DNA of 64,000 nt from contig CAZBFO010000002.1 of NCBI GenBank assembly GCA_964491475.1, positions 208,501 through 272,500 of the forward strand, given 5' to 3'. Shown piece after piece: positions 18,968-28,056 of the stretch. The stretch is from an uncultured Gammaproteobacteria bacterium. Its GTDB lineage: Bacteria; Patescibacteriota; Patescibacteriia; SG8-24. The position numbers and the translations under genes are program-made. Each line of letters begins with the position of its first letter. The stretch's first letter is position 1. The notes beneath the pieces were generated by a model, which worked only from the letters and a program-made list of their open reading frames with translations, ran no database searches and had not been told where the DNA came from.

Positions 18968-19924
18968 ATGCGACCTCTCCCCAAACTCATCGCCATAGTC
19001 GGCCCGACCGCCTCGGGCAAGACTGACCTGGCCGTATCTCTCGCCAAGAAGTTTCATGGCGAAATCATTTCCGCGGACTCGCGGCAGTTTTATCGCGGGA
19101 CGGAAATCGGTTCGGACATCCCCAAGGGGAAGTGGACGCGTCTCAAAGATCGGGGACGCGACGGCAAGCTGCGCCCGGCGAAACGGCTGACCTACATGGT
19201 GAAGGGGCTGCCGCACTACCTGATGAACTTCCTGTCTCCATCGAAGACCTTCACCGTCGCCCAGCTCAAGGACCACGTCGTGCGCATCGCCCGCGACATC
19301 GCCAAGAGGGGAAACGTGCCGTTCCTGGTGGGCGGGACGGGTCTGTATGCCAAAGCCGTGATAGATAATTACGACATTCCAGAGGTGCCGCCGAATCCGG
19401 TTTTCCGCGCCAAGATGGAAAAGCGCACCACGGCAGCGCTTTTCAAGGAGCTGGCTAAAAAGGATTCGGCATACGCCGCCCGTATTCCCGCGAACAACCG
19501 CCGTTACGCGATCCGTGCCCTCGAAGTGATGGCTGCCACCGGCAAGACCGTCACCGAGGCGCAGCAGAAGGGCGAGCCGCTGTTTGACGTGCTGCAGATC
19601 GGCATTCAGCGCCCACGCGACGCCATGTACGCGCGCATCAACGCCCGCGTGGACGCGATGATGAAGCGCGGCTTGCTCAAGGAGGCCGAGAGCCTCGGCA
19701 AGAAGTACGGATGGGACATTCCGGCGATGAGCGGCTTGGGTCATCGGCAGCTCGGCGCTTACGTGCGGGGCGAAACGACTTTGGCCGAGGCCGTGGAGCG
19801 CGTGAAGGCCGACACGAGGCATTTTGCCAAGCGCCAAGTCACCTGGTTCAAGCGCGATTCTCGCATCCATTGGGTCAAAACCGAAGCGGAAGCCGCGCGA
19901 ATTGTGAAGAAGTTCCTTTCTTGA
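18968..19924 (+). CDS. miaA: tRNA dimethylallyltransferase
   Basis: IAIVGPTASGKTDLAV P-loop followed by ISADSRQFYRG; 318 aa. Confidence 0.9.
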   Translation: MRPLPKLIAIVGPTASGKTDLAVSLAKKFHGEIISADSRQFYRGTEIGSDIPKGKWTRLKDRGRDGKLRPAKRLTYMVKGLPHYLMNFLSPSKTFTVAQLKDHVVRIARDIAKRGNVPFLVGGTGLYAKAVIDNYDIPEVPPNPVFRAKMEKRTTAALFKELAKKDSAYAARIPANNRRYAIRALEVMAATGKTVTEAQQKGEPLFDVLQIGIQRPRDAMYARINARVDAMMKRGLLKEAESLGKKYGWDIPAMSGLGHRQLGAYVRGETTLAEAVERVKADTRHFAKRQVTWFKRDSRIHWVKTEAEAARIVKKFLS

Positions 19925-19957
19925 TAGGGTGGAGCGGCCCTCATCAAGGAGGCAAAT

Positions 19958-20401
19958 GTGCCTAGTCAGAAACGCAGTTCCCTCGTCAAAGTCATACCGT
20001 TCAGTGAAGAACGGGTGAAGTTTGCCTGCGGACATACCGGCCCCAAGGAATTCGCGCACGAATTTTGGGGCGAACGGCGCGAAATCAAGCCCGAAGTGCG
20101 GGCCAAGCGCGAAAAATGCGGCGAGTGCTGGTTGGACGAGATGCGCAAGGTCATCGTCCGTTGCGGAAAATGCGGTCTGCCCATCTATCCAGGCGACGGC
20201 GTGGTCCGCTACCCCGACACCGATCCGACCCTCCCGGCCATGGGCGTCCATATCGTGGACGGCACCAGGCTCGGATGCATGCGCGTGAAGTGCTGCGAGA
20301 GCCCTTTTCAGCTCTCCGGTGAGTGGGATGGCGAGAAATTCAAGCCGCTTTTCGGCGGAATGGTGATTGACGACGACTTTGACGGTCCTTGTACGGACTA
20401 G
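19958..20401 (+). CDS. Cys-rich (putative zinc-binding) hypothetical protein
   Basis: GTG start 6 nt after an aggagg RBS. Cys-containing motifs are CGH, CGECW, CGKCGLP and CMRVKCCESP. Confidence 0.45.
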   Translation: MPSQKRSSLVKVIPFSEERVKFACGHTGPKEFAHEFWGERREIKPEVRAKREKCGECWLDEMRKVIVRCGKCGLPIYPGDGVVRYPDTDPTLPAMGVHIVDGTRLGCMRVKCCESPFQLSGEWDGEKFKPLFGGMVIDDDFDGPCTD

Positions 20402-20412
20402 CGCGGCAAGCT

Positions 20413-20446
20413 CCCTTTACGGCTTCGTAGAGGGGGTATTTTTTTG
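20413..20446 (+). terminator. Rho-independent terminator
   Basis: ccctttacg-gctt-cgtagaggg stem with one mismatch, followed by ggtattttttt. Confidence 0.5.
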
Positions 20447-20582
20447 GCTAATTTAAGCCATTTTTATCCGAGCACGACCGAAAAACCTAGTAAAATAGGC
20501 TTATTTTTGCTATACTGCTGGAAGGTACTTATCCAAATGGCGTACGGGTACATATCCGTCCAAGCCTTAGCCACCCACCACT

Positions 20583-20759
20583 ATGGCCGAACCGGTCATG
20601 GGTTACTGCGTGAAGTGCAAGGAAAAGCGCGAGATGAAGGACGCCCAGCAGGTCGAAATGCCTGCCAAGGGCGGCGGTACGCGCCCCGCGATGAAGGGCA
20701 CCTGTGCCGTTTGTGGCACCGGCATGTTCAAGATCCTTCCCAAGGCTGCCGCAGCCTAA
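20583..20759 (+). CDS. DUF5679-like small zinc-ribbon protein (58 aa); not in the ORF track
   Basis: MAEPVMGYCVKCKEKREMKDAQQVEMPAKGGGTRPAMKGTCAVCGTGMFKILPKAAAA carries the CxxC...CxxC pattern of DUF5679. It has its own TGcTATACT promoter at 20508-20516 and a terminator downstream. Confidence 0.55.
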   Translation: MAEPVMGYCVKCKEKREMKDAQQVEMPAKGGGTRPAMKGTCAVCGTGMFKILPKAAAA

Positions 20760-20774
20760 AAGCTGACGGTTTGA

Positions 20775-20807
20775 AAAAGGCCTCCTCTGCAGAGAGGGGC
20801 CTTTTTC
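20775..20807. terminator. Bidirectional terminator
   Basis: aaaaaggcctcctct-gcag-agaggggccttttt. Confidence 0.6.
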
Positions 20808-20809
20808 GT

Positions 20810-21079
20810 TTACCCTTGATTGTCATTTTCGGGAGTATCGAGGTTCTTGAGATCCTCGCGGATTTTTTCGGCAGAAGCCTTGTCGGCATCTTCGGCCGCC
20901 TTGCGTTCAAGAAAGCGCTCCTTGGCCCATCCGGGCACGCCTTCCGCGTCGGCGTTGCCTTGCGAGGACCACTGGGCCTCCAGGTCGTCCTGGTACCTTT
21001 TTTCCTCCTCGGCCTTCTTGTCCTCGATGTGGCGACGGCGCATTTCTCCCTCCGGCAGCGCGTTTTCCCTGTAGACCAT
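20810..21079 (-). CDS. Small acidic hypothetical protein (89 aa)
   Basis: E/D/K-rich sequence immediately downstream of gatB on the same strand. Confidence 0.4.
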   Translation of the reverse strand: MVYRENALPEGEMRRRHIEDKKAEEEKRYQDDLEAQWSSQGNADAEGVPGWAKERFLERKAAEDADKASAEKIREDLKNLDTPENDNQG

Positions 21080-21091
21080 AGTGGCGGGCGA

Positions 21092-22609
21092 TTAGGATGG
21101 GTTCAATTTTTTCAATTCTGCCTCAATCAGCTGGCGGGCCGTGTCCGGCTGGGCCTTGCCGCGGGTGGCCTTCATCATCTGGCCGATCAGGAACTGGACG
21201 GCGTTAGTCTTGCCTGCGCGCCAGTCCTCGAGCGCCTTGGGGTTGTTGACCACCACTTCGGCGGCGATCATGGCCAGCTCGTCGGCGTTCTCGTCCACGC
21301 CGAGGTTCTTTTCTTCCATGATGACCGACGGGTCGGCGCCGGTTTCGGCCATTTCTTCCAGGATGAGGTAGGCGTTGGGGCCGGTGACTTCCTTCTTGTG
21401 CAGCATCGCCAGCAGTTCGGCGAAGTTCTCGGGGGTGACCTTGAGCGTGCGGATGTCGATCTTGCGCTCGGTCATGATGCCGTTGAGCTTGGTCAGTATC
21501 CAGCCGGCGGCGAGCTTGGCGAATTGGTCGCGGCAGGCGTCCCAGTGGTTGCCGCCTTCGGATTTGGCGGCGACCCAGGTCTGCAGCTCGGACATGACGC
21601 GCTCGGCGAAGTTGGCCAGGGCTTCGTCGTCCACGAAGGTGCGGCTGTCGGCCTCGGAGAAGCCGTATTCGGACCGGAAGCGCGCGCGGCGGGCTTCGGG
21701 CAGCTCGGGAATCTTGCGGCGGAGCGACTCGGCCAGGTCCTGCAGCATCAGCGGCGGCAGGTCCGGTTCGGGGAAGTAGCGGTAGTCGGCGGCGTCCTCC
21801 TTGCTGCGCTGCTCCACGGTGATGCCGCGGACGTCGTCCCAGCCGCGGGTGGTGGTGACGCTGACAGGCTTGCCGTCGAGGGCCAACTTGGTTTGGCGCT
21901 TGATCTCGAAGTCGATGGCGCGCTCGACCGAGCGGAAGGAGTTGATGTTCTTGATTTCGGTCTTGGGGTTGAGCACGGTCGAGCCTTCTTCCCGGATGGA
22001 GACGTTGGCGTCGCAGCGCAGATGGCCCTTTTCCATGTCGGCGTCGGAAACGCCGATGGTGCGGATGATCAGGCGCAGCTCCTGCAGGAAGGCCTTGGCT
22101 TCGGCGGGGGAGCGCATGTCGGGCTCGGTGACGATTTCGATGAGCGGGGTGCCGCCGCGGTTGAAATCCACGAAGCTGGACTTGTGGTCGTCGGCGTGGA
22201 CCAGCTTGGCCGCGTCCTCTTCCAGGTGCGCGCGATGAATGCGCACGGTGATCTCGCGGCGAGCGCCGCCCTCCGCAGGCATGCTCACCTTGACCGCGCC
22301 GCCGGTGACGATGGGCAGGTCGTATTGCGAAATTTGGTAGCCCTTCGGCAGGTCGGGGTAAAAATACTGCTTGCGGTCGAACTTGGATTCCCAGGTGACC
22401 TTGCCGCCGAGGGCATGGGCGACCATCGCGCCGTATTCAACGGCCTGGGCGTTGATGACCGGCAGGGAGCCGGGCTGGCCCAGGCAGATAGGGCAGACGC
22501 AAGTGTTCGGCGGTTCGGTGCCGCCGGCGTTGAGGCAGCGGCAAAACATCTTGGTCTTGGTCTTGAGCTGGACGTGGATTTCGAGGCCGATGACCGGTGC
22601 AAATTTCAT
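21092..22609 (-). CDS. gatB: Asp/Glu-tRNA amidotransferase subunit B
   Basis: MKFAPVIGLEIHVQL N-terminus, GatB core and C-terminal YqeY-like domain. Start trimmed from the track's upstream extension. Confidence 0.9.
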   Translation of the reverse strand: MKFAPVIGLEIHVQLKTKTKMFCRCLNAGGTEPPNTCVCPICLGQPGSLPVINAQAVEYGAMVAHALGGKVTWESKFDRKQYFYPDLPKGYQISQYDLPIVTGGAVKVSMPAEGGARREITVRIHRAHLEEDAAKLVHADDHKSSFVDFNRGGTPLIEIVTEPDMRSPAEAKAFLQELRLIIRTIGVSDADMEKGHLRCDANVSIREEGSTVLNPKTEIKNINSFRSVERAIDFEIKRQTKLALDGKPVSVTTTRGWDDVRGITVEQRSKEDAADYRYFPEPDLPPLMLQDLAESLRRKIPELPEARRARFRSEYGFSEADSRTFVDDEALANFAERVMSELQTWVAAKSEGGNHWDACRDQFAKLAAGWILTKLNGIMTERKIDIRTLKVTPENFAELLAMLHKKEVTGPNAYLILEEMAETGADPSVIMEEKNLGVDENADELAMIAAEVVVNNPKALEDWRAGKTNAVQFLIGQMMKATRGKAQPDTARQLIEAELKKLNPS

Positions 22610-22722
22610 ATCGAAGGAAGTGGATATCCCTGCTATTTTCGACGAATTTTGCCTAAAACGCAAGCCCCGCAACGTGCTCGAGACGTGGCGGGGCTTGCTC
22701 CGGTTTTACCCGTACGGTCAGT

Positions 22723-23484
22723 CTAGCGCACGGTTTTCTTGAGGTCCAGCCAGAGCAGGATGCTGGTGCCGATGAACAGCGGAATGGCGAAAGCGTTGAC
22801 GGCCGTAGGCAGCACGCTGATGATCAGCAGGTGCGTGCTGGAAATGTCCGAGGCGTCGGCCAACTGGCCGAAGAACATGCCCGGATTGCCGAAGACGGAA
22901 CCGATGAGCAGGTACAGGATAGCCTTGAGGAAGGCCGCCGCGACGCCGCTGAAGATGCCGGGGAGCAGGATGCGCAGCGCCACCGCCCACCAGCGGCCCT
23001 TCACCAGTCGCTTGCTGGCCTTGAGCGCCGCCGTGCCGCGGACGTCGTCGAGCACCGTGTAGTACTGGGCGAACCAGAACCACACCGCGAAGATGAAAAT
23101 CGGAATGACCAGGAGCAGCAGGCCGCCCAGGTAGACGAAGAAGGTGATGATCGACACCCAGATGTAGGGAATCAGCTGATGGATGCCCTGCGAGAACGCC
23201 GCACGGACGTCGACGGCCTTCTTTTGGACTCCCTGCGCCGTGGCCACGATCATGGCGGCGGTGACGGCGGCGGTGGCGACGGCTACCGGGATGTAGGTAA
23301 GCGTCAGGACGGCGTTGCGGAGGTAAGTTTCGGAAATCAGCGAGCGGCCCACGATGAACAAGGCCCACTGCAGCACGGCCAAAAACGTGTACCAGACCGC
23401 AAAATGCGCGTAAGCGCCGATGTTCTTAACGAGATTGTCCCAAGAGGCGCTGATGAGGTCGCCCGCGTCGGTAAGTTGCGGCAT
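22723..23484 (-). CDS. Polytopic membrane protein of unknown function
   Basis: Six or more hydrophobic helices; lies upstream of gatB on the same strand. Confidence 0.5.
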   Translation of the reverse strand: MPQLTDAGDLISASWDNLVKNIGAYAHFAVWYTFLAVLQWALFIVGRSLISETYLRNAVLTLTYIPVAVATAAVTAAMIVATAQGVQKKAVDVRAAFSQGIHQLIPYIWVSIITFFVYLGGLLLLVIPIFIFAVWFWFAQYYTVLDDVRGTAALKASKRLVKGRWWAVALRILLPGIFSGVAAAFLKAILYLLIGSVFGNPGMFFGQLADASDISSTHLLIISVLPTAVNAFAIPLFIGTSILLWLDLKKTVR

Positions 23485-23550
23485 ATGGTGAGGCTAAGTC
23501 ACTCTGGGGTGAGTATAGCAGACCTGCGGGGGAGGGTAAACGCCACGAGC

Positions 23551-23583
23551 AAAAGAAAAACTCCTCCGAACGGCTCGGAGGAG
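23551..23583 (-). terminator. Terminator downstream of tmk
   Basis: Plus strand reads aaaagaaaaactcctccgaacggctcggaggag; on the minus strand the hairpin is followed by a U-run. Confidence 0.55.
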
Positions 23584-23592
23584 CTGGCTGTG

Positions 23593-24261
23593 CTAACGGG
23601 CAGGGATGGGCACGAGCACCGATTGCACCGCTTCCCACACTTTTTCGTGGACCTTTTCGGGCAGGAGGAGCTTGCCGTCCTCGACGCATTCGATCAGCCG
23701 GAAGCCGGGGAAGGTCCTGGCGATTTCCAGGTAGGTGTTTTCCGCGGCGGTCAGGTGCTCGAGGTTCTCGTGGGCGTCCTTGACGTTACCGCGCTTCTCG
23801 ATGAGCCGCATCGAGACGGCGGCGGGCACGTGGAGGATGATGTTGAGGTCCGGGCGGGGAATCTTGAACAGCCCGAACTCCAGCTCGTCGTTCCACTTGT
23901 AGAAGGCCATCCGTTCCTCGGTACGCCGCTCCTTGGAACCCTGGTGGCCCATGTTGGAAGCGACGTAACGGTCGGCAACGACGTGGTTGCCCTCGTCGAG
24001 CCAGTCGGTAATTTTGCCGCTGGCAGCGTAGCGGTCAACCGCGTAGAAGATCGAGGCTCTTCGCGAACCGACCTCTTCCGGTTTGCCGAACTTGCCGGCG
24101 AGGTAGTCCTCGACGGGTCCGGCGCTCCTGCGGCCGTATTGCGGGAAGGTGATCGTCTGCACGGGCAGGTTCTCGCGGCCCATCCTGCTGATGAGCAGTT
24201 TGGTCTGCGTGGCCTTGCCCGAGCCGTCGGTCCCGTCGATGACGAAGAATCGTCCTTTCAT
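23593..24261 (-). CDS. tmk: Thymidylate kinase
   Basis: FFVIDGTDGSGKATQ P-loop and a DRY-like motif; 222 aa. Confidence 0.9.
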   Translation of the reverse strand: MKGRFFVIDGTDGSGKATQTKLLISRMGRENLPVQTITFPQYGRRSAGPVEDYLAGKFGKPEEVGSRRASIFYAVDRYAASGKITDWLDEGNHVVADRYVASNMGHQGSKERRTEERMAFYKWNDELEFGLFKIPRPDLNIILHVPAAVSMRLIEKRGNVKDAHENLEHLTAAENTYLEIARTFPGFRLIECVEDGKLLLPEKVHEKVWEAVQSVLVPIPAR

Positions 24262-24291
24262 AGCCGTCTCCTTAAGGTTGTCCGTTAAAGA

Positions 24292-26214
24292 TCATTTGCG
24301 GTCGAGGGCCGCTTCCTTTACCCGTTGTTTCGCTTCCGCGTCGCCTCGGCTCCAGAAGTAGTCCTCGTGGTCGGCGAAGCGCATCGCCTCGCCGCGCCAG
24401 GGCGAACGCGCGGTCACCAGGCGATGCATCGCCTGGCAAACCTTGCGATACGAGGGATGTCCCTGCGGCGTGGTGCGCAGCTCGATCATGTGCATGAGCG
24501 CTCGGTCGTTGATGCCGAGCGTCCAGCGCACTTTTGAGCCGTGCAGCGTGGCGTAGGAAGCCTGTTCGGGGAAGTCGGCCTTGAGCAGCTCGTAGAGCGC
24601 TCGCGCGCGAGCCACGCACTCCGGAACGCGATCGGCATATCCGGCGAGGACGAGGTCCTCGGGCATGGCGAACCCGACCATCGGCGTGAACCGCTGCCGT
24701 TGCTGGGTGCACATGCGATGACGTTCGAGGTCCTTGTAAGTGCCGAAGTCGGTGCACAGGTCGAAGGTGTACGGATAGCCCGCCTCGAGCGCACGGCCGG
24801 GGCGGTCGCGGCGCGTCTTGCGGTCGCCGAGGTAGGTGGCGATGACCTTCTCCCTCCGCTCGTCGCTGAAGTTCTGCACGGCATAGCGAATCTGCTCCAG
24901 CGGCAGCGACGCGTACGGATAGAGCATCTGCGCCACCGTGAGGACGTCCTCCTGCTTTTGCAGCGCAGCGGCGATCCACGACGGATCCGGCGGAACCTTC
25001 CACGCTCGGGCGATGGCGGTTTCTCCGCGGTCCAACAGGTCGACCGCCGGCCTTACGCCGGCGACGATGCCGCCCAGCAGGCGAGCGGCGAGTTCTTGCA
25101 TGTCCGCGTGGACCTTTTGCAGGTACCCGTTGGGGCGAGCGCGCTTGACGTAACGGGGGATGACCTTGTCCAGCTGCGCGTGAGTGCGCGCGGCGATGTC
25201 CCGCGCTTCCGGGATTGCGGAGGTATAGCAGTGCGAAAGCACGCCCTGGAAGAAGCGTCCGTTGCCGAACACGCCGACGTTGGTCTTGGTGGCCAGCGGC
25301 AGCAGCGCGCGCAGCGTGTCGCACGCCTTGGTGCGGATGTCGGCGTTGTAGGTGGCGCGGAAGGCCTTTCGTTCGTCTTCGCTCGCGCATTCCGCGTAGG
25401 CGATCTTGACGTCGGGCATCTTCTCGCGAATGGCGTAACGCGCCTCCTCGATCGGCTTCAGGTCCGAGTAGTAGGCTTTCATCGGCGCCACGAGATCGCA
25501 ATACGTCTGGAAGATGAAGTCCATCGTCTCGACGTAGGCGGCCGCGTACGGGGAGGCCATCACGGCGGGGTCGCGGTAGTAGCGGAAGTTGCCGAGGGCG
25601 TCCTTTCCGTCCAGCGGCTCTTCGCGCTTGTCGTAGAAGACGTAACGCGTGGACTGCTCGATGGGGGAACCGCCGATGCGGCGGTCCTCGATTTCCTTGG
25701 TGGACAGGATGGAGACGTTTTCGAAGGACACGTGCGCGCCTTCGAGCTCTCCGACGGAATCGTCGCCGAAGGCGATGAGGATGCGTTCGATGAGGTCCTG
25801 GGCCTTTGCGGCGTTGACGGCCGCGCCGTCATTGAGCGTTTCCGCCAGTCGCAGCAGGGAGTCCCTCAAGAACGGCGCATCGAGCCGGTGCAGCTCCGTG
25901 CGGTCGCGCAGCCGCGATTCGACGGCGGCGGTGAGCTGCGCGCGCAGGGCGTCATCGGCCGGGTCTCCTGTCCATTCGAGAACGAGATCGGCGATGCCGC
26001 TGGCGAACGCCCGCGCATCGAAAGTCTTGCGTTCGATGAACTCCTTGAGCAGCGTCTCGCGAAACCCGCCCTGTGCGCGGCTGTAGCGCGCATAGACGGC
26101 GCCAACGATGCCCGGCAGTCCGGTGACGGCGAAAATGTCGCCTTCCGTGTCGGTCACGTAGGGCGCCAGGAGCGCCTTCTCCTCCGCGGAAAATCTGGCC
26201 ATAGGAACCTCCAT
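24292..26214 (-). CDS. thyX: Flavin-dependent thymidylate synthase ThyX-like, unusually long (640 aa; duplicated or extended)
   Basis: C-terminal motifs ERHRMCTQQRQRF (ThyX RHR...QRY) and NDRALMHMIELRTTPQGHPSYRKV (ThyX NxRAWRHFIxxR...EIR). The N-terminus GLPGIVGAVYARYSRAQG resembles the ThyX N-terminal region. The gene is 30 bp upstream of tmk. Confidence 0.55.
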   Translation of the reverse strand: MEVPMARFSAEEKALLAPYVTDTEGDIFAVTGLPGIVGAVYARYSRAQGGFRETLLKEFIERKTFDARAFASGIADLVLEWTGDPADDALRAQLTAAVESRLRDRTELHRLDAPFLRDSLLRLAETLNDGAAVNAAKAQDLIERILIAFGDDSVGELEGAHVSFENVSILSTKEIEDRRIGGSPIEQSTRYVFYDKREEPLDGKDALGNFRYYRDPAVMASPYAAAYVETMDFIFQTYCDLVAPMKAYYSDLKPIEEARYAIREKMPDVKIAYAECASEDERKAFRATYNADIRTKACDTLRALLPLATKTNVGVFGNGRFFQGVLSHCYTSAIPEARDIAARTHAQLDKVIPRYVKRARPNGYLQKVHADMQELAARLLGGIVAGVRPAVDLLDRGETAIARAWKVPPDPSWIAAALQKQEDVLTVAQMLYPYASLPLEQIRYAVQNFSDERREKVIATYLGDRKTRRDRPGRALEAGYPYTFDLCTDFGTYKDLERHRMCTQQRQRFTPMVGFAMPEDLVLAGYADRVPECVARARALYELLKADFPEQASYATLHGSKVRWTLGINDRALMHMIELRTTPQGHPSYRKVCQAMHRLVTARSPWRGEAMRFADHEDYFWSRGDAEAKQRVKEAALDRK

Positions 26215-26302
26215 TGGTTGCCGTCCGCAAAATGCGGGCGAGCTCTCGCATTGTACTCCCCGCTACCCGTTTGGCCACGTTCGGTCAAGATGCCCGGCCG
26301 GT

Positions 26303-26332
26303 AAAGAAAAACCGCCCTGGCTCGGGCGGCAG
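26303..26332 (-). terminator. Terminator downstream of the pterin dehydratase gene
   Basis: Plus strand reads aaagaaaaaccgccctggctcgggcgg; on the minus strand the hairpin is followed by a U-run. Confidence 0.5.
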
Positions 26333-26349
26333 ATGCAGGGCGAGAGGCG

Positions 26350-26766
26350 CTACTGCAGGATGTTGGGATTGTCGGCGGCCAAAGCGTCGATCTTGGCGGC
26401 CACGATGAAGTCGTTCTCGGACAGCGACTTGATGGCGTGGGTGGTGAGCGTCAGCCGCACCATCCGGTACTTGTGAAGCTCCACGTCGGGATGGTGATTT
26501 TCGCCCTCGGCAATGACGCTGACGGCGTTCACGAAGCCGATGGCCGCGGCCCAGTTGCGAAGCTTGAACTCGCGGGTGATGCGGTTGCTTTGTTCGGCGG
26601 GCGACCAGCTTTTCAGCAGCGTCCACTTCGGCGTCTGCTGTTGCATGGCGAGGATCTGCTCGTCGGTCAGCTTGGGCGTCGCCTTGGTGCAGGCAGAGCA
26701 GCGCTTGTCTGCCAGTCCGCAGGCGGCGCCCTCGTCGCTCTTTTCATCGGTCATGTCATCGGTCAT
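26350..26766 (-). CDS. Pterin-4a-carbinolamine dehydratase (PCD/DCoH)
   Basis: Signature EGENHHPDVELHKYRMVRLTLTTHAIKSLSENDF matches E-x3-H-H-P-x5-Y-x9-H-x8-D. Confidence 0.8.
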   Translation of the reverse strand: MTDDMTDEKSDEGAACGLADKRCSACTKATPKLTDEQILAMQQQTPKWTLLKSWSPAEQSNRITREFKLRNWAAAIGFVNAVSVIAEGENHHPDVELHKYRMVRLTLTTHAIKSLSENDFIVAAKIDALAADNPNILQ

Positions 26767-26891
26767 GGAAGGAGCCTCCGTAGTGCCAGGTTTCGGCAGC
26801 GGGCAACGTACGCCAAAAACCGCTGCAAGTCAACCTTGCCAGCACCTCGGGCCGCTGTTACGGTGTGCGCACCGATCTTAAGGAGGCCGAA

Positions 26892-27452
26892 ATGCCAACA
26901 CCGACGCTCGGGACTTGCGTCGTCGTGACCGGACCGTCGGGTTCAGGAAAGACGACCATCGTCGGTCAGCTCATTGCCATCATGCCGGGCACGGCCCGGC
27001 TCATCACCACCACCACGCGCGCGCCCCGGGAAGGGGAACGCGACGGGGCGGACTACCACTTCGTCACGCGCGAGGCGTTCATCGCCAGCCGCGAACGCGG
27101 CGAGTTCCTGGAATGGGCCGAGAACTACGGCGAGCTGTACGGCTCGTCGAAAGTGGAACTCGACCGGCTCCGGGCCGCGCACTCGTACGTCTTCGCCACC
27201 GTCGACGCCCAGGGCGCCCGCGCTTATCGCGAAAGGGTGCCCGACGCCTTGCTCATCTTGTGCTGGGCCCCGCTGTCCGTGCTGGAACAGCGCCTGCGGG
27301 CCCGCGGCATGTCCGAAGAAAAAATCGCCCGGCGCCTGGCGGCGGCGGCGGACGAAGTGGCGTTCGGAAAACGGTGCGACCACGTCGTCCGCTGCGAAGG
27401 CCCCATCGACGGCACCGTGGCTCTCTTCTGCAGCCTCTTGGCGCTGGCGTGA
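26892..27452 (+). CDS. gmk: Guanylate kinase
   Basis: GPSGSGKTT P-loop, TTRAPREGERDGADYHFV motif; an aggagg RBS lies 6 nt upstream of the trimmed ATG. Confidence 0.9.
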   Translation: MPTPTLGTCVVVTGPSGSGKTTIVGQLIAIMPGTARLITTTTRAPREGERDGADYHFVTREAFIASRERGEFLEWAENYGELYGSSKVELDRLRAAHSYVFATVDAQGARAYRERVPDALLILCWAPLSVLEQRLRARGMSEEKIARRLAAAADEVAFGKRCDHVVRCEGPIDGTVALFCSLLALA

Positions 27453-27467
27453 GTTCTCTTTGGCGCG

Positions 27468-27494
27468 AAGCCCGTCACTCGACGGGCTTTTTTG
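27468..27494 (+). terminator. Rho-independent terminator of gmk
   Basis: aagcccgtc-actc-gacgggctt stem followed by tttttt. Confidence 0.65.
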
Positions 27495-27508
27495 CTTGCC
27501 GCGACGGC

Positions 27509-27937
27509 CTAGCCGGTCGACCCGAACCCTCCGCGGCTCTTTTGGGTAGCAGGTTCCCCCTCGACGATTTCGCAGCGCGTCACCGGGACGATCATCGCCT
27601 GCGCGAACCGTTCGCCGCGTTCGACCGTCGTGGCGGCATCCGTGAAGTTCCACAGCTGCACGAAAATCTCGTCGTCAGGACCGCAGTAGTCCTGGTCGAC
27701 GATGCCCGCACCGTGCGGGATGAGCAGCCCTTTCCTTTTTGGCGTGGAGGAGCGCGGCGTGACCAGCAGGACGTAGCCGTCCGGCACGCAGACGATGACG
27801 TTCGAAGGGATGCGGCTGACGGCTTTGGGCTCGACGGTCGTCGTTTCGCGGGCGATGAGGTCGAAGGCGCAGGCGCCGGCGCTCTCGTACTTGGGCAGGG
27901 GGAGCGTCCGGTCGACGCGGGTGATGCGGAGTTGCAT
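27509..27937 (-). CDS. dut: dUTP diphosphatase
   Basis: All five dUTPase motifs are present: AGACAFDL, RSSTPKRKG, GIVDQDYCG, RFAQAMIV and SRGGFGSTG. Start trimmed to MQLRIT. Confidence 0.9.
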   Translation of the reverse strand: MQLRITRVDRTLPLPKYESAGACAFDLIARETTTVEPKAVSRIPSNVIVCVPDGYVLLVTPRSSTPKRKGLLIPHGAGIVDQDYCGPDDEIFVQLWNFTDAATTVERGERFAQAMIVPVTRCEIVEGEPATQKSRGGFGSTG

Positions 27938-28056
27938 GGGAGTGAAGCCAAGGGTGATTGCGCAAGTATACACGTCCGACGGCTTGCCTGCAGCGGGGTT
28001 CCTGCCGGGCGGCCGGTGTGCTATACTGGCAGCGATATTCAATAAACAGTGAAGGT

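Noticed and set aside
20444-22726. 760-aa ORF antisense to gatB and spanning the DUF5679 region
   Set aside because: It has low-complexity G/A/V/L-rich composition. gatB on the minus strand and the small Zn-ribbon gene in another frame explain the region.
24541-26304. 587-aa ORF antisense to ThyX
   Set aside because: It is an antisense artefact.
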